In this document: positions 1 through 8,016 of the stretch, one piece after another
How the letters are laid out: the number at the start of each line of letters is the position of its first letter
Position numbering within the stretch: position 1 is the stretch's first letter
Assembly: GCA_028282585.1 (NCBI GenBank)
Contig: JANQHR010000036.1
Location: 1-14,465, forward strand
Origin: Bacteroidales bacterium
GTDB taxonomy: Bacteria; Bacteroidota; Bacteroidia; Bacteroidales; UBA12077
Length of the DNA stretch: 14,465 nucleotides
Reading direction: 5' to 3'
The notes under the pieces: generated by a model
Databases searched by the model: none
The model's input: only the letters and a program-made list of their open reading frames with translations
What the model was told of the DNA's origin: nothing
Program-made: the position numbers and the translations under genes

Positions 1-496
1 TTGATTCTTTAATAGATTTAGCTGTTATGGACTTTGAGATAAATTCTATTTCAAATGAAATTACTTTTTCAATTTGACCAGTTGTAGGATTCTTTCGAAA
101 AGGCAATAAATCAAATTGGAGATATGGTTTTGTTCTAATAAAATTAATTGATGATTTATACTTTAGATTAACCGGAATTTGTTCCTTATTTTTTAGAATG
201 CTTAACTCTTTATTGGAAAGAGGTTGAAACTGAGAGTTTTTGATAGATATTGAAATATTTTTTGAATTAACATTAAAAAGCTCATGATAGTAAGGTACGT
301 AATTTTCCTGATCGTAGTATCGCGCACCATCAAAGAATAAATACTCTGTTTGGTTTACGTTTTTTTGATTTAACTGATAATAATGAGATATTTTTTTTGA
401 AGATTCCCAATTTATGGTTCGTTTATAGGAATTCTTTTGAGCAAATGTGCAAAAAATAGTGAAAAATAGTAGAATGAGAATTAGAAGCTTTTTCAT
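1..496 (-). CDS. porU: N-terminal part (runs off the left edge) of a secreted protein, probably type IX secretion system sortase PorU
   Basis: Not in the ORF track. Manual translation from ATG at 496 is open to the window edge: MKKLLILILLFFTIFCTFA|QKNSYKRTINWE...LFFDGARYYDQENYVPYY...LLPFRKNPTTGQIEKVISFEIEF. It has a Sec signal peptide with Gln at +1. The N-terminal region resembles PorU as I recall it, and a porU gene divergent from gldJ is a known arrangement. The catalytic C25 domain is outside the window. Confidence 0.72.
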   Translation of the reverse strand, partial: MKKLLILILLFFTIFCTFAQKNSYKRTINWESSKKISHYYQLNQKNVNQTEYLFFDGARYYDQENYVPYYHELFNVNSKNISISIKNSQFQPLSNKELSILKNKEQIPVNLKYKSSINFIRTKPYLQFDLLPFRKNPTTGQIEKVISFEIEFISKSITAKSIKES

Positions 497-628
497 TAGT
501 ATGTTAATTTTATGCAAAGAAACAAAACTATATTAAGTAATAATGAATTTTTTTAATCGTTATCATTAAATCATAAAGAATAAAACGACCAGGTTTCAAC
601 TTATATTGTCAAGTTGGATATGTAATTA

Positions 629-1603
629 ATGAAAAAGATTTGCACAATATTATTTATCCTAGTATTAAAACAATTATATTGTCAGGATGTTGAATTCTCT
701 CAGTATTACGCAAATCCTTTATACTTAAATCCAGCATTTGCAGGTTCGGATGAATATACAAGGTTAAGTTTGAATTACAGAACTATTTTACCTTCATCTC
801 TAGGAGATTATAGTACCTATAGTGCATCAATCGATAAATATTTTGATGTTTTAAGCGGAGGCATTGGTTTTCAGATAATGAATGATAGGCAGGCACAAAG
901 TGTTGTTAATGATCTTGGATTTAGTTTAATTTACTCTTATCATGCACAGTTAAGAAAGCGTTGGGCTATTGCGTCCGGTTTTCGTTTAGGTTATAATATA
1001 AAATCAGTTAATACAAACGGTTTAGTTTATCCTGATATGATAGATCCTGTTACAGGTTCATCTGGGATAAGTATGGAAAGCGGAATTTCCCAAAAGTCAA
1101 CGTACTTTGATTTTTCATTTGGTTTATTATCATGGTATGATCGCTATTATTTTGGGATTTCCCTTGATCATTTGACTAATCCACAAATATCATTTGGTAG
1201 TGAAAATCCGGTTCCAATAGGGCGTAAATATACTTTTCACGGAGGAATGGAAATTCCATTTTATAATAGTTTAGAGAGAGTATTTATGACTTTATCTCCT
1301 AATTTAATTGTACAAATACAGGGTGGCTCTTCAAAATTAAACTTAGGTGTTTATTTGAATAAAAAAATGTTAACCGGAGGCCTTTGGGTAAGAACAAATA
1401 CAAGTTTTAATTTTACCGGATCTGTACTAATGTTAGGTTATGTGGGTGATTTACATACTGTTGCATATAGCTATGATATTCCTTTTTATTTAAATGGACT
1501 AAATGGAATAATTTCTGGTGCACATGAGGTAACCTTTTTGTATAAATTCATGTATAAAAGCAAGAGAAAAAAAATACGGGCAATAAAATGTCCTAAAATT
1601 TAG
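629..1603 (+). CDS. PorP/SprF family type IX secretion system outer membrane beta-barrel protein
   Basis: Signal peptide followed by the family signature QDxxFSQYYANPLYLNPAFAG. Also alternating beta-strand pattern, YSYD and GAHEV near the C-terminus, and position next to porU and gldJ. Confidence 0.92.
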   Translation: MKKICTILFILVLKQLYCQDVEFSQYYANPLYLNPAFAGSDEYTRLSLNYRTILPSSLGDYSTYSASIDKYFDVLSGGIGFQIMNDRQAQSVVNDLGFSLIYSYHAQLRKRWAIASGFRLGYNIKSVNTNGLVYPDMIDPVTGSSGISMESGISQKSTYFDFSFGLLSWYDRYYFGISLDHLTNPQISFGSENPVPIGRKYTFHGGMEIPFYNSLERVFMTLSPNLIVQIQGGSSKLNLGVYLNKKMLTGGLWVRTNTSFNFTGSVLMLGYVGDLHTVAYSYDIPFYLNGLNGIISGAHEVTFLYKFMYKSKRKKIRAIKCPKI

Positions 1604-1604
1604 T

Positions 1605-1655
1605 TATATTTGTGTATTAAATCTTGTTTGTAGAAGATAAAAATTACTATATTTG
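1605..1655 (+). promoter_or_regulatory. Bacteroidota sigma-A-type promoter(s) upstream of gldJ
   Basis: TATATTTG (TAnnTTTG -7 box) at 1648-1655 with TTTG at 1627-1630 (17 nt spacer). A second TATATTTG lies at 1605-1612. Confidence 0.6.
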
Positions 1656-1675
1656 AAATAAAAAATAGCATTACC

Positions 1676-3190
1676 ATGAACGTAAAGTTAAACATTTTCC
1701 CATTAGTATTTATTAGTTTGCTAATAGTAACCGGTTGTAGTTTATTTGGAGGAGGTACTCCTACAGGACAAACACAAAGTGGAAATGAGTCTACAACAAC
1801 TGGTTGGGAATATAATAATCCAGATAATGGAGGTTATGAAGTAAAAGTTGATCATGAGCAAGAACCTGGTCCGGGTTTAGTATTCATTGAAGGAGGTACA
1901 TACACAATGGGTCAAACTGAACAAGATGTTACTTACGATTGGAACAATGTACCAAGAAGAGTAACCGTTGCTTCATTTTATATGGACCAGACAGAAGTTA
2001 GAAATGTGGATTACAGAGAATATTTACATTGGATTAGTAGAGTATTTGTTGATTATCCTGAGGTATATAGAAATGCACTTCCGGATACTTTGGTTTGGAG
2101 AAGTGCATTAGCGTATAATGAACCATATGTTGATTACTATTTCAGACATCCAGCTTACAATGAATATCCTGTTGTTGGTGTAGATTGGTTACAAGCTAAT
2201 GATTATTGCGTTTGGAGAACTGACCGAGTTAATGAAATGCGATTAATTGATGAAGGGATTCTTGATATGGACCCTAATCAGATTGGCCGTGAAAATTTCA
2301 ATACAGGAGCGTATTTAGCAGGTCAATATGAAGGTTTAGTAGTTGAAAATCTTCCTTCATTGGATCCAAACAAAGAAAGTAGAAGAGTTACTATGGAAGA
2401 TGGTATTTTATTACCAAAATATAGGCTTCCAACGGAAGCAGAATGGGAATATGCAGCGGTAGCTTTACTTGGAAATACATATGACGAAAGACTTTACGAA
2501 AGAAGATTATATCCTTGGGATGGACATAACGTGAGAAATCCAGATCCTGCAGATAGAGGTATAATGATGGCTAACTTTAAACGTGGTCGAGGTGATATGA
2601 TGGGTATGGCCGGAGATCTAAATGATAATGGAGCTATTACAGTACCTGTATCATCGTATTGGCCAAATGACTTTGGTTTATATTGTATGGCAGGTAATGT
2701 TAATGAATGGGTGCTTGACGTGTATCGTCCTCTTTCTTACGAAGATGTTAATGATTTTCGCCCATTCAGAGGTAATGTATTTGAAACTCTTATTAGAAAT
2801 GAAGATGGAAGTATAGCGGCAAAAGATAGTTTAGGAAGATTAAAAACCAGACCTATCACTGATGAAGAAGCTGCGGGTAGAACAAACTATCAAAAAGCAG
2901 ATTATAGAAATTATCAAGATGGAGATTTAATGTCTGGATTAGATTATGAGAATCAAGAAGCTGCCAGAGGTACAGCGGCGACAGGAAATATGTATGCTCA
3001 AGACGTTCAGGGTGGTGATATGACATCGTTAATTTCTGATAAGGTTAGGGTATATAAAGGAGGCTCGTGGAAAGATAGGGCATACTGGTTAAATCCAGCT
3101 GCAAGAAGATTTTTGGATCAGGATGAAGCTAGAGATGACTTAGGATTTAGATGTGCAATGATTGCTGTTGGAAGCCCAAGCGGGAGGTAA
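1676..3190 (+). CDS. gldJ: Gliding motility lipoprotein GldJ (SUMF1/FGE-sulfatase-like domain)
   Basis: Lipobox IVTG-C21. GldJ-like segments TTGWEYN, DWNNxP, SFYMDQTEV and LPDTLVWR...YFRHPAY..YPVVGV.W.QA..YC.WRTDRVNE. SUMF1 motifs RLPTEAEWEYAA, PNDFGLYCMAGNVNEW, KGGSW and GFRCAM. The porU<->gldJ-murF context favours GldJ over GldK. Confidence 0.88.
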   Translation: MNVKLNIFPLVFISLLIVTGCSLFGGGTPTGQTQSGNESTTTGWEYNNPDNGGYEVKVDHEQEPGPGLVFIEGGTYTMGQTEQDVTYDWNNVPRRVTVASFYMDQTEVRNVDYREYLHWISRVFVDYPEVYRNALPDTLVWRSALAYNEPYVDYYFRHPAYNEYPVVGVDWLQANDYCVWRTDRVNEMRLIDEGILDMDPNQIGRENFNTGAYLAGQYEGLVVENLPSLDPNKESRRVTMEDGILLPKYRLPTEAEWEYAAVALLGNTYDERLYERRLYPWDGHNVRNPDPADRGIMMANFKRGRGDMMGMAGDLNDNGAITVPVSSYWPNDFGLYCMAGNVNEWVLDVYRPLSYEDVNDFRPFRGNVFETLIRNEDGSIAAKDSLGRLKTRPITDEEAAGRTNYQKADYRNYQDGDLMSGLDYENQEAARGTAATGNMYAQDVQGGDMTSLISDKVRVYKGGSWKDRAYWLNPAARRFLDQDEARDDLGFRCAMIAVGSPSGR

Positions 3191-3210
3191 AATTTTGAAA
3201 AATTATAAAT

Positions 3211-3239
3211 AAAAACCTCATTAATAATGAGGTTTTTTT
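3211..3239 (+). terminator. Intrinsic terminator after gldJ, potentially bidirectional
   Basis: Perfect 12-bp inverted repeat AAAAACCTCATT-aat-AATGAGGTTTTT (3211-3222 / 3226-3237) continuing into a T run. Confidence 0.8.
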
Positions 3240-3252
3240 ATTTTTAAAACGG

Positions 3253-4545
3253 ATGAATTTAGAAGATTTATACGGTTTATATAAAAAGCACAAAAGAGTA
3301 ACAACCGATAGTAGAATAGTTACTAAAAATGCTCTTTTCTTTGCCTTAAAAGGAGAAAACTTCAATGGTAATGCATATGCTCAAAATGCATTAGAAAATG
3401 GGTGTTCGTATGCAATTATTGACGAGAAGAAGTTTGCCAAAAATGATAAATATATTTTAGTTAATAATGTATTGGAAGTTTTACAAAAACTAGGAAATCA
3501 TCATAGAAGAAAGCTGGGAATTCCAATACTTGGAATTACAGGCTCAAATGGAAAGACAACAACAAAGGAGCTAATATCAGCAGTATTAGCAAAGAAATAT
3601 AATCTTGCATATACGCAGGGAAATTTGAATAATCACATTGGTGTTCCTTTAACTTTGCTTTCAATGAATAGTGAAACGGAATTTGGAGTAGTTGAGATGG
3701 GTGCTAATCATATGAACGAAATAAGAGAGTTATGCGAAATTGCAGAGCCTGGTTATGGTATTATCACAAATATAGGGAAAGCCCATTTGGAAGGATTTGG
3801 TTCTTTTGAAAATATCATTAAAACAAAAAAAGAGCTTTACGATTTTATTAAAATAAAGCAAGGAAAAGCTTTTTTTAATTATAATAATGAGATTTTAAGA
3901 AAGGGCATAAACGAATTAAAATTAGATAATGTTTCTTTTGGAAGTAAAGATTCTGAGGTATATGGCGAAGTTTTAAATACGGAACAACATTTATCAGTAA
4001 AAATTAGAATTGGTGAGTTTAAAGGTAAAATTCATTCTAAATTAGTGGGAGAATATAATTTAGAAAATATACTTGCCGCAGTTTCAATTGGCAATTATTT
4101 TAATATTAAACCGGATGATATAATTTCTGCTATTGAAACTTATATACCAAAAAATAACAGGTCGCAATTTTTAAAAACTGATAAAAACAACGTCATTCTT
4201 GATGCTTACAATGCAAATCCTACAAGCGTTGAGTTATCCGTAAAGAATTTTGCATCCTTAAAAAAGGAAAACAGTTTTCTGATTCTAGGTGATATGTTGG
4301 AGTTGGGTTCAGAATCGGAGAGAGAACATGAGAAAATTGTAAAGTTATTACAGTTGTTAAATTTTGAAAATGTAATGTTAGTTGGAGACGTTTACCACTC
4401 TTTAAGAGTCCCAAGTAGTTATTTACAATTTGAAAACGTAAATGATCTAAAAGAATGGTTATTCCAAAACAATATCAGTAAGGCGAATGTTCTGATAAAA
4501 GGTTCGCGTGGAATTAAGTTAGAAACAGTCGTCGAATATTTATAA
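3253..4545 (+). CDS. murF: UDP-N-acetylmuramoyl-tripeptide--D-alanyl-D-alanine ligase
   Basis: TDSR...LFFALKGENFNG, P-loop ITGSNGKTTTKE, NLNNHIGVPLTL, EMGANH, DAYNANPTS, LGDMLELG, KGSRG. Confidence 0.97.
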   Translation: MNLEDLYGLYKKHKRVTTDSRIVTKNALFFALKGENFNGNAYAQNALENGCSYAIIDEKKFAKNDKYILVNNVLEVLQKLGNHHRRKLGIPILGITGSNGKTTTKELISAVLAKKYNLAYTQGNLNNHIGVPLTLLSMNSETEFGVVEMGANHMNEIRELCEIAEPGYGIITNIGKAHLEGFGSFENIIKTKKELYDFIKIKQGKAFFNYNNEILRKGINELKLDNVSFGSKDSEVYGEVLNTEQHLSVKIRIGEFKGKIHSKLVGEYNLENILAAVSIGNYFNIKPDDIISAIETYIPKNNRSQFLKTDKNNVILDAYNANPTSVELSVKNFASLKKENSFLILGDMLELGSESEREHEKIVKLLQLLNFENVMLVGDVYHSLRVPSSYLQFENVNDLKEWLFQNNISKANVLIKGSRGIKLETVVEYL

Positions 4546-4554
4546 TTATGGATT

Positions 4555-5226
4555 ATGGGAAATAAAATAATGGATCCAATTGTAGGAAAGCTGATGGGTT
4601 TAAGATATAAATCGCATCCATGGCATGGCGTTGATATTGGAAATGAAGCGCCAGAATTATTAATTAGCTATATCGAAATGGTTCCTACAGATACGGTAAA
4701 ATATGAAGTGGATAAGGTGAGCGGCTATTTAAGGTTAGATCGACCTCAAAAATACTCAAATGTGGTACCTGCTTTATATGGATTTATTCCGCAAACTTTA
4801 AGTGGGGCAAGAGTGGGAAAGTATTGTGAAGAAAAAACAGGAAGGAATGGAATTAAAGGCGACAATGACCCAATTGATATTTGTATTTTAACAGAGAAAG
4901 AAATTACTCATGGCGATATTTTAGTTCGCTCAAGACCTATTGGAGGTTTTCGGATGATTGACGGTAACGAATCAGATGATAAAATAATAGCAGTTCTTAA
5001 TAATGATGCTGTATACGGAACTTACAAGGATATAACGGATTGTCCAAATCTGATTTTAGATAGATTAAAACATTATTTTCTAACTTATAAAGATTTGCCT
5101 GGCAATAAGGCAAATACTGAGATTACGCATACTTTTGGTATTGATGAGGCTCATGAAATAATTAAAAGAGCAATGGAGGATTATAATGAAAGATTTAATA
5201 ATCTTGAAAATATGTTATCAATCTAA
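4555..5226 (+). CDS. ppa: Soluble inorganic pyrophosphatase (family I)
   Basis: HPWH, KYEVDK..G.L.LDR, YGFIPQT, metal-binding GDNDPIDI, DDKIIAV, YFLTYK. Confidence 0.95.
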   Translation: MGNKIMDPIVGKLMGLRYKSHPWHGVDIGNEAPELLISYIEMVPTDTVKYEVDKVSGYLRLDRPQKYSNVVPALYGFIPQTLSGARVGKYCEEKTGRNGIKGDNDPIDICILTEKEITHGDILVRSRPIGGFRMIDGNESDDKIIAVLNNDAVYGTYKDITDCPNLILDRLKHYFLTYKDLPGNKANTEITHTFGIDEAHEIIKRAMEDYNERFNNLENMLSI

Positions 5227-6251
5227 CTTTTAAAATCAAGAGCTGAAAATTGCCTCTTTTTTCTTAAAAAATAATCAATAACTATACTCCTTGGATATAT
5301 TTCCTTATGATAATTAACTACTTTTTCGTGAAATAGCTTTTTTCTTTTTAATCGAAGTTTTCTTAGTGATTTATAAAAACTTGCATGAGCTTTTAAAACA
5401 GCATAAAAGCTGGAAAAAGAAAAATTAACAAGAAAAACCAATGCAGAAGCACCATCAAATAGCATTCTTAAAAACATAATTCGATAGAATTTTCCTTTAG
5501 GTAAATTCTTATACAAGAGAAACAGATTATTTCTAAAATTAAGATACAGTTTAAATGGGCTATTGTTTGGTAGGGTACCCCCACCTACATGATAAACGAT
5601 AGATTCAGGATTACAAACAATTCTATATCCTTGATTCTTCAATCGCCAACACATATCAATTTCTTCCATATGCGCAAAAAAGTCATCATCCAAACCCTCC
5701 AGCTTTTTATATAACTCAGCTCTAACCACCAAACAGGCACCTGTCGCCCAAAAAACATCATGTTGTTCATTGTATTGATCTTCATCTTGTTCAATAACAT
5801 CAAGTATTCTTCCTCTGCAGAATGGATATCCATATTTATCAATAAACCCACCAGATGCTCCGGCATATTCAAAATAATCCTTTTGATTAAAAGATTTTAT
5901 TTTAGGCTGACAAGCTGCAATTGAGTTATCAGAATCAAGCAGCTTAATTAATGGAGTTAACCAATTTGACGTAACTTCAATATCACTATTTAAAAGAACA
6001 AAATATTTTGCCTCGATTTGTTCTAATGCGCGATTATATCCTCCTGTGAATCCATAATTCTGATCAAAAAGTATCTGATGTATATCTGGGTAGTTATGAT
6101 TTAAAAAGTCAATAGATTTATCACTTGAGTTATTATCAGCAATAATAATTTCTGTATCTTGATCATGGGTGTTCTCAATAAGAATAGGCAAGAATTTTTC
6201 CAGAAACTTTTTACCGTTCCAATTTAATATTACAACAGCTGTTTTAATCAT
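5223..6251 (-). CDS. Glycosyltransferase family 2 (WbbL/rhamnosyltransferase-like)
   Basis: VVILNWNG, DNNSSD, NYGFTGGYN, LLNSD, WATGAC, FFAHMEEIDMCWR, VYHVGG. Substrate not determinable from sequence. Confidence 0.9.
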   Translation of the reverse strand: MIKTAVVILNWNGKKFLEKFLPILIENTHDQDTEIIIADNNSSDKSIDFLNHNYPDIHQILFDQNYGFTGGYNRALEQIEAKYFVLLNSDIEVTSNWLTPLIKLLDSDNSIAACQPKIKSFNQKDYFEYAGASGGFIDKYGYPFCRGRILDVIEQDEDQYNEQHDVFWATGACLVVRAELYKKLEGLDDDFFAHMEEIDMCWRLKNQGYRIVCNPESIVYHVGGGTLPNNSPFKLYLNFRNNLFLLYKNLPKGKFYRIMFLRMLFDGASALVFLVNFSFSSFYAVLKAHASFYKSLRKLRLKRKKLFHEKVVNYHKEIYPRSIVIDYFLRKKRQFSALDFKS

Positions 6252-6264
6252 TTAGATTGAATTT

Positions 6265-7155
6265 TTAATGTATTGAAGTTCCTGGTTCGGGTTTATGTTT
6301 CCATCTTTTATGTGACCAAAGCCATAATTCTGGTTTTTGCTTAATTTTTTCTTCAAGCATTCTAACATGGGCCTCTGTGATCTCATATTCTTTAGATTCA
6401 CTGGGATTTTCAAAAAGTAATGTGAATTCAATTTCGTATTTACCTCTTTTAACTTTATCAATATGTGTATATACTACTGCTGAATTAAACTTTTTAGCAA
6501 TCTTTTCCGGGCCAAGAAAAACGGCTGCTTCTTGATTCATGAAATGAGTCCAATAATTACCACTTCCTCTGGGTGGCCTTTGATCTGCTAACAATCCTAG
6601 TATTGATAACTTTTTATCTCTATGATACTGTAATACTGTTCTAAATGTATCATTCATTGAGACAGGGATCTCACCAAACCTTTTTCGCATATTAAAAAAC
6701 TCTTTATCAAAAAACTTATTCTTCAAAGGTTTATAAACACTTAATATTTGAAACGGAGTAAAAAGTCCTAAAACAGTAAGAACTTCCCAATTCGCATAAT
6801 GTCCAATAATTCCAACTACGCTTCGATTCTTTTGGTAAAAATTATTTAAAACTTCTATATTTTTACAACCTACCATTTTTAGAAATCGTTTTTGTGACAT
6901 TCTAATAATGGCAATATTTTCTATAAAAATATCTCCTAAATGTCGATAAAATTTCTTTGTTATTTTATTTATTTCGTTGTCAGATTTCTCCGGGAAAGAG
7001 TTCTTTAAATTATTAATTACAACCTTTTTACGGTACTTTAAGATACGATATAGCATGAAATAAACGAAATCAGCAATTCCATAGAAAATAAGTCTTGGCG
7101 AATGTGCTAAAAGCCAACTGAATCCAATATAAAAAAAAGCACCTACTGATTTCAT
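6265..7155 (-). CDS. Lipid A biosynthesis late acyltransferase family protein (LpxL/HtrB-like)
   Basis: N-terminal membrane anchor, YRKKVVINNLKNSFPE, catalytic H-x4-E (GHYANWE), LADQ, and C-terminal PELWLWSHKRWK. Confidence 0.9.
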   Translation of the reverse strand: MKSVGAFFYIGFSWLLAHSPRLIFYGIADFVYFMLYRILKYRKKVVINNLKNSFPEKSDNEINKITKKFYRHLGDIFIENIAIIRMSQKRFLKMVGCKNIEVLNNFYQKNRSVVGIIGHYANWEVLTVLGLFTPFQILSVYKPLKNKFFDKEFFNMRKRFGEIPVSMNDTFRTVLQYHRDKKLSILGLLADQRPPRGSGNYWTHFMNQEAAVFLGPEKIAKKFNSAVVYTHIDKVKRGKYEIEFTLLFENPSESKEYEITEAHVRMLEEKIKQKPELWLWSHKRWKHKPEPGTSIH

Positions 7156-7160
7156 TAATT

Positions 7161-7952
7161 TTAATTCATTAACTGATTTACTATTTCTAAAAATTCTTGA
7201 TATACCAATTTATTGGATGCAATTATTTCTTTGCCAAATATATAATTACTTTCTCCGCTAAAATCGCAAATCAAACCTCCAGCTTGTTCAACAATAAAAG
7301 CACCGGCAGCTACATCCCACGGGTTTAAACTATATTCGTAAAATGCTTCAAACCGTCCGCATGCCACATAAACGAGATCTGTAGCGGCTGACCCTAACCT
7401 TCTTAAACCTCTTGAATGTTGCATGAAGTATTCCATGGTTTTCATAAAGGGTTCTAACCTTTCATAATCATAATAAGGAAATCCAGTTGCAATTAAACTT
7501 TTTTCAACAGAATTTTTATCTGAAACTTTTATTTTTTCTCCATTTAAATAAGCAGGACTATCTTTCCATGCATAGAAACACTCATTTAAACCTAGTTCAT
7601 GAACTACTCCCAGTATAGTTTTATCATTTTCCATTAGTGCAATGCTTATTGCAAATGGTGTAATACCGTGAATGAAATTAGTTGTGCCATCTAGAGGATC
7701 TATTACCCAGTTGTATTTGTCACCTTTATTATTAGCAGTTCCCTCTTCTGCAATGAATCCAGCTTCAGGCAAAATATTCTTTAAACTTTCTATGATTTTT
7801 TTTTCGGAAGTTTTATCGACGTGAGTTACAAAATCATGCAAGCCTTTCTCTTCTACATTTAGTTCTTTAATATTGTTTTTTTCTGATAGAATAAACTTAC
7901 CAACGCTTTTGGTTATTTCAATTACTTGCAAACAGATTTTTTCGAGATACAT
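7161..7952 (-). CDS. suhB: Inositol monophosphatase family protein (SuhB-like)
   Basis: DFVTHVD, EE, WVIDPLDGTTNF, RRLGSAA.DL.YVACGR, WDVAAG. Confidence 0.9.
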   Translation of the reverse strand: MYLEKICLQVIEITKSVGKFILSEKNNIKELNVEEKGLHDFVTHVDKTSEKKIIESLKNILPEAGFIAEEGTANNKGDKYNWVIDPLDGTTNFIHGITPFAISIALMENDKTILGVVHELGLNECFYAWKDSPAYLNGEKIKVSDKNSVEKSLIATGFPYYDYERLEPFMKTMEYFMQHSRGLRRLGSAATDLVYVACGRFEAFYEYSLNPWDVAAGAFIVEQAGGLICDFSGESNYIFGKEIIASNKLVYQEFLEIVNQLMN

Positions 7953-7969
7953 AGGTTAAAATTAAATGT

Positions 7970-7977
7970 CAAATATA
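7970..7977 (-). promoter_or_regulatory. -7 promoter box (TATATTTG) upstream of the IMPase-acyltransferase-GT2 genes
   Basis: CAAATATA on + is TATATTTG on -, 17 nt upstream of the ATG at 7952. A TTG lies 23 nt further upstream. Confidence 0.55.
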
Positions 7978-8016
7978 ATAAAGGAAAAGGTCTAAATTGT
8001 CAATGTAACTTATGTT

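Noticed and set aside
597-616. CAACTT-N8-AAGTTG inverted repeat in the porU/porP divergent region
   Set aside because: Only 6-bp arms, single copy, in AT-rich DNA; cannot be told from chance without comparative data.
629-685. Cys18 of the PorP-like protein as a lipoprotein anchor
   Set aside because: QLYC is not a lipobox; cleavage before Gln19 (QDVEFSQ) fits the family and the Bacteroidota Gln +1 rule.
2622-2816. 64-aa alternate-frame ORF inside gldJ
   Set aside because: Fully nested in a conserved SUMF1 region and has no recognisable motif; shadow ORF.
3147-3365. 72-aa minus-strand ORF spanning the gldJ-murF junction
   Set aside because: Antisense to two real genes and runs through the terminator hairpin; its composition reflects A/T runs.
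4220-4414. 64-aa antisense ORF in murF
   Set aside because: Nested antisense ORF with no motif.
5639-6461. Alternate-frame ORFs 5639-5872 and 6252-6461
   Set aside because: They overlap the GT2 and acyltransferase genes, both of which are intact, so there is no sign of frameshifting or separate genes.
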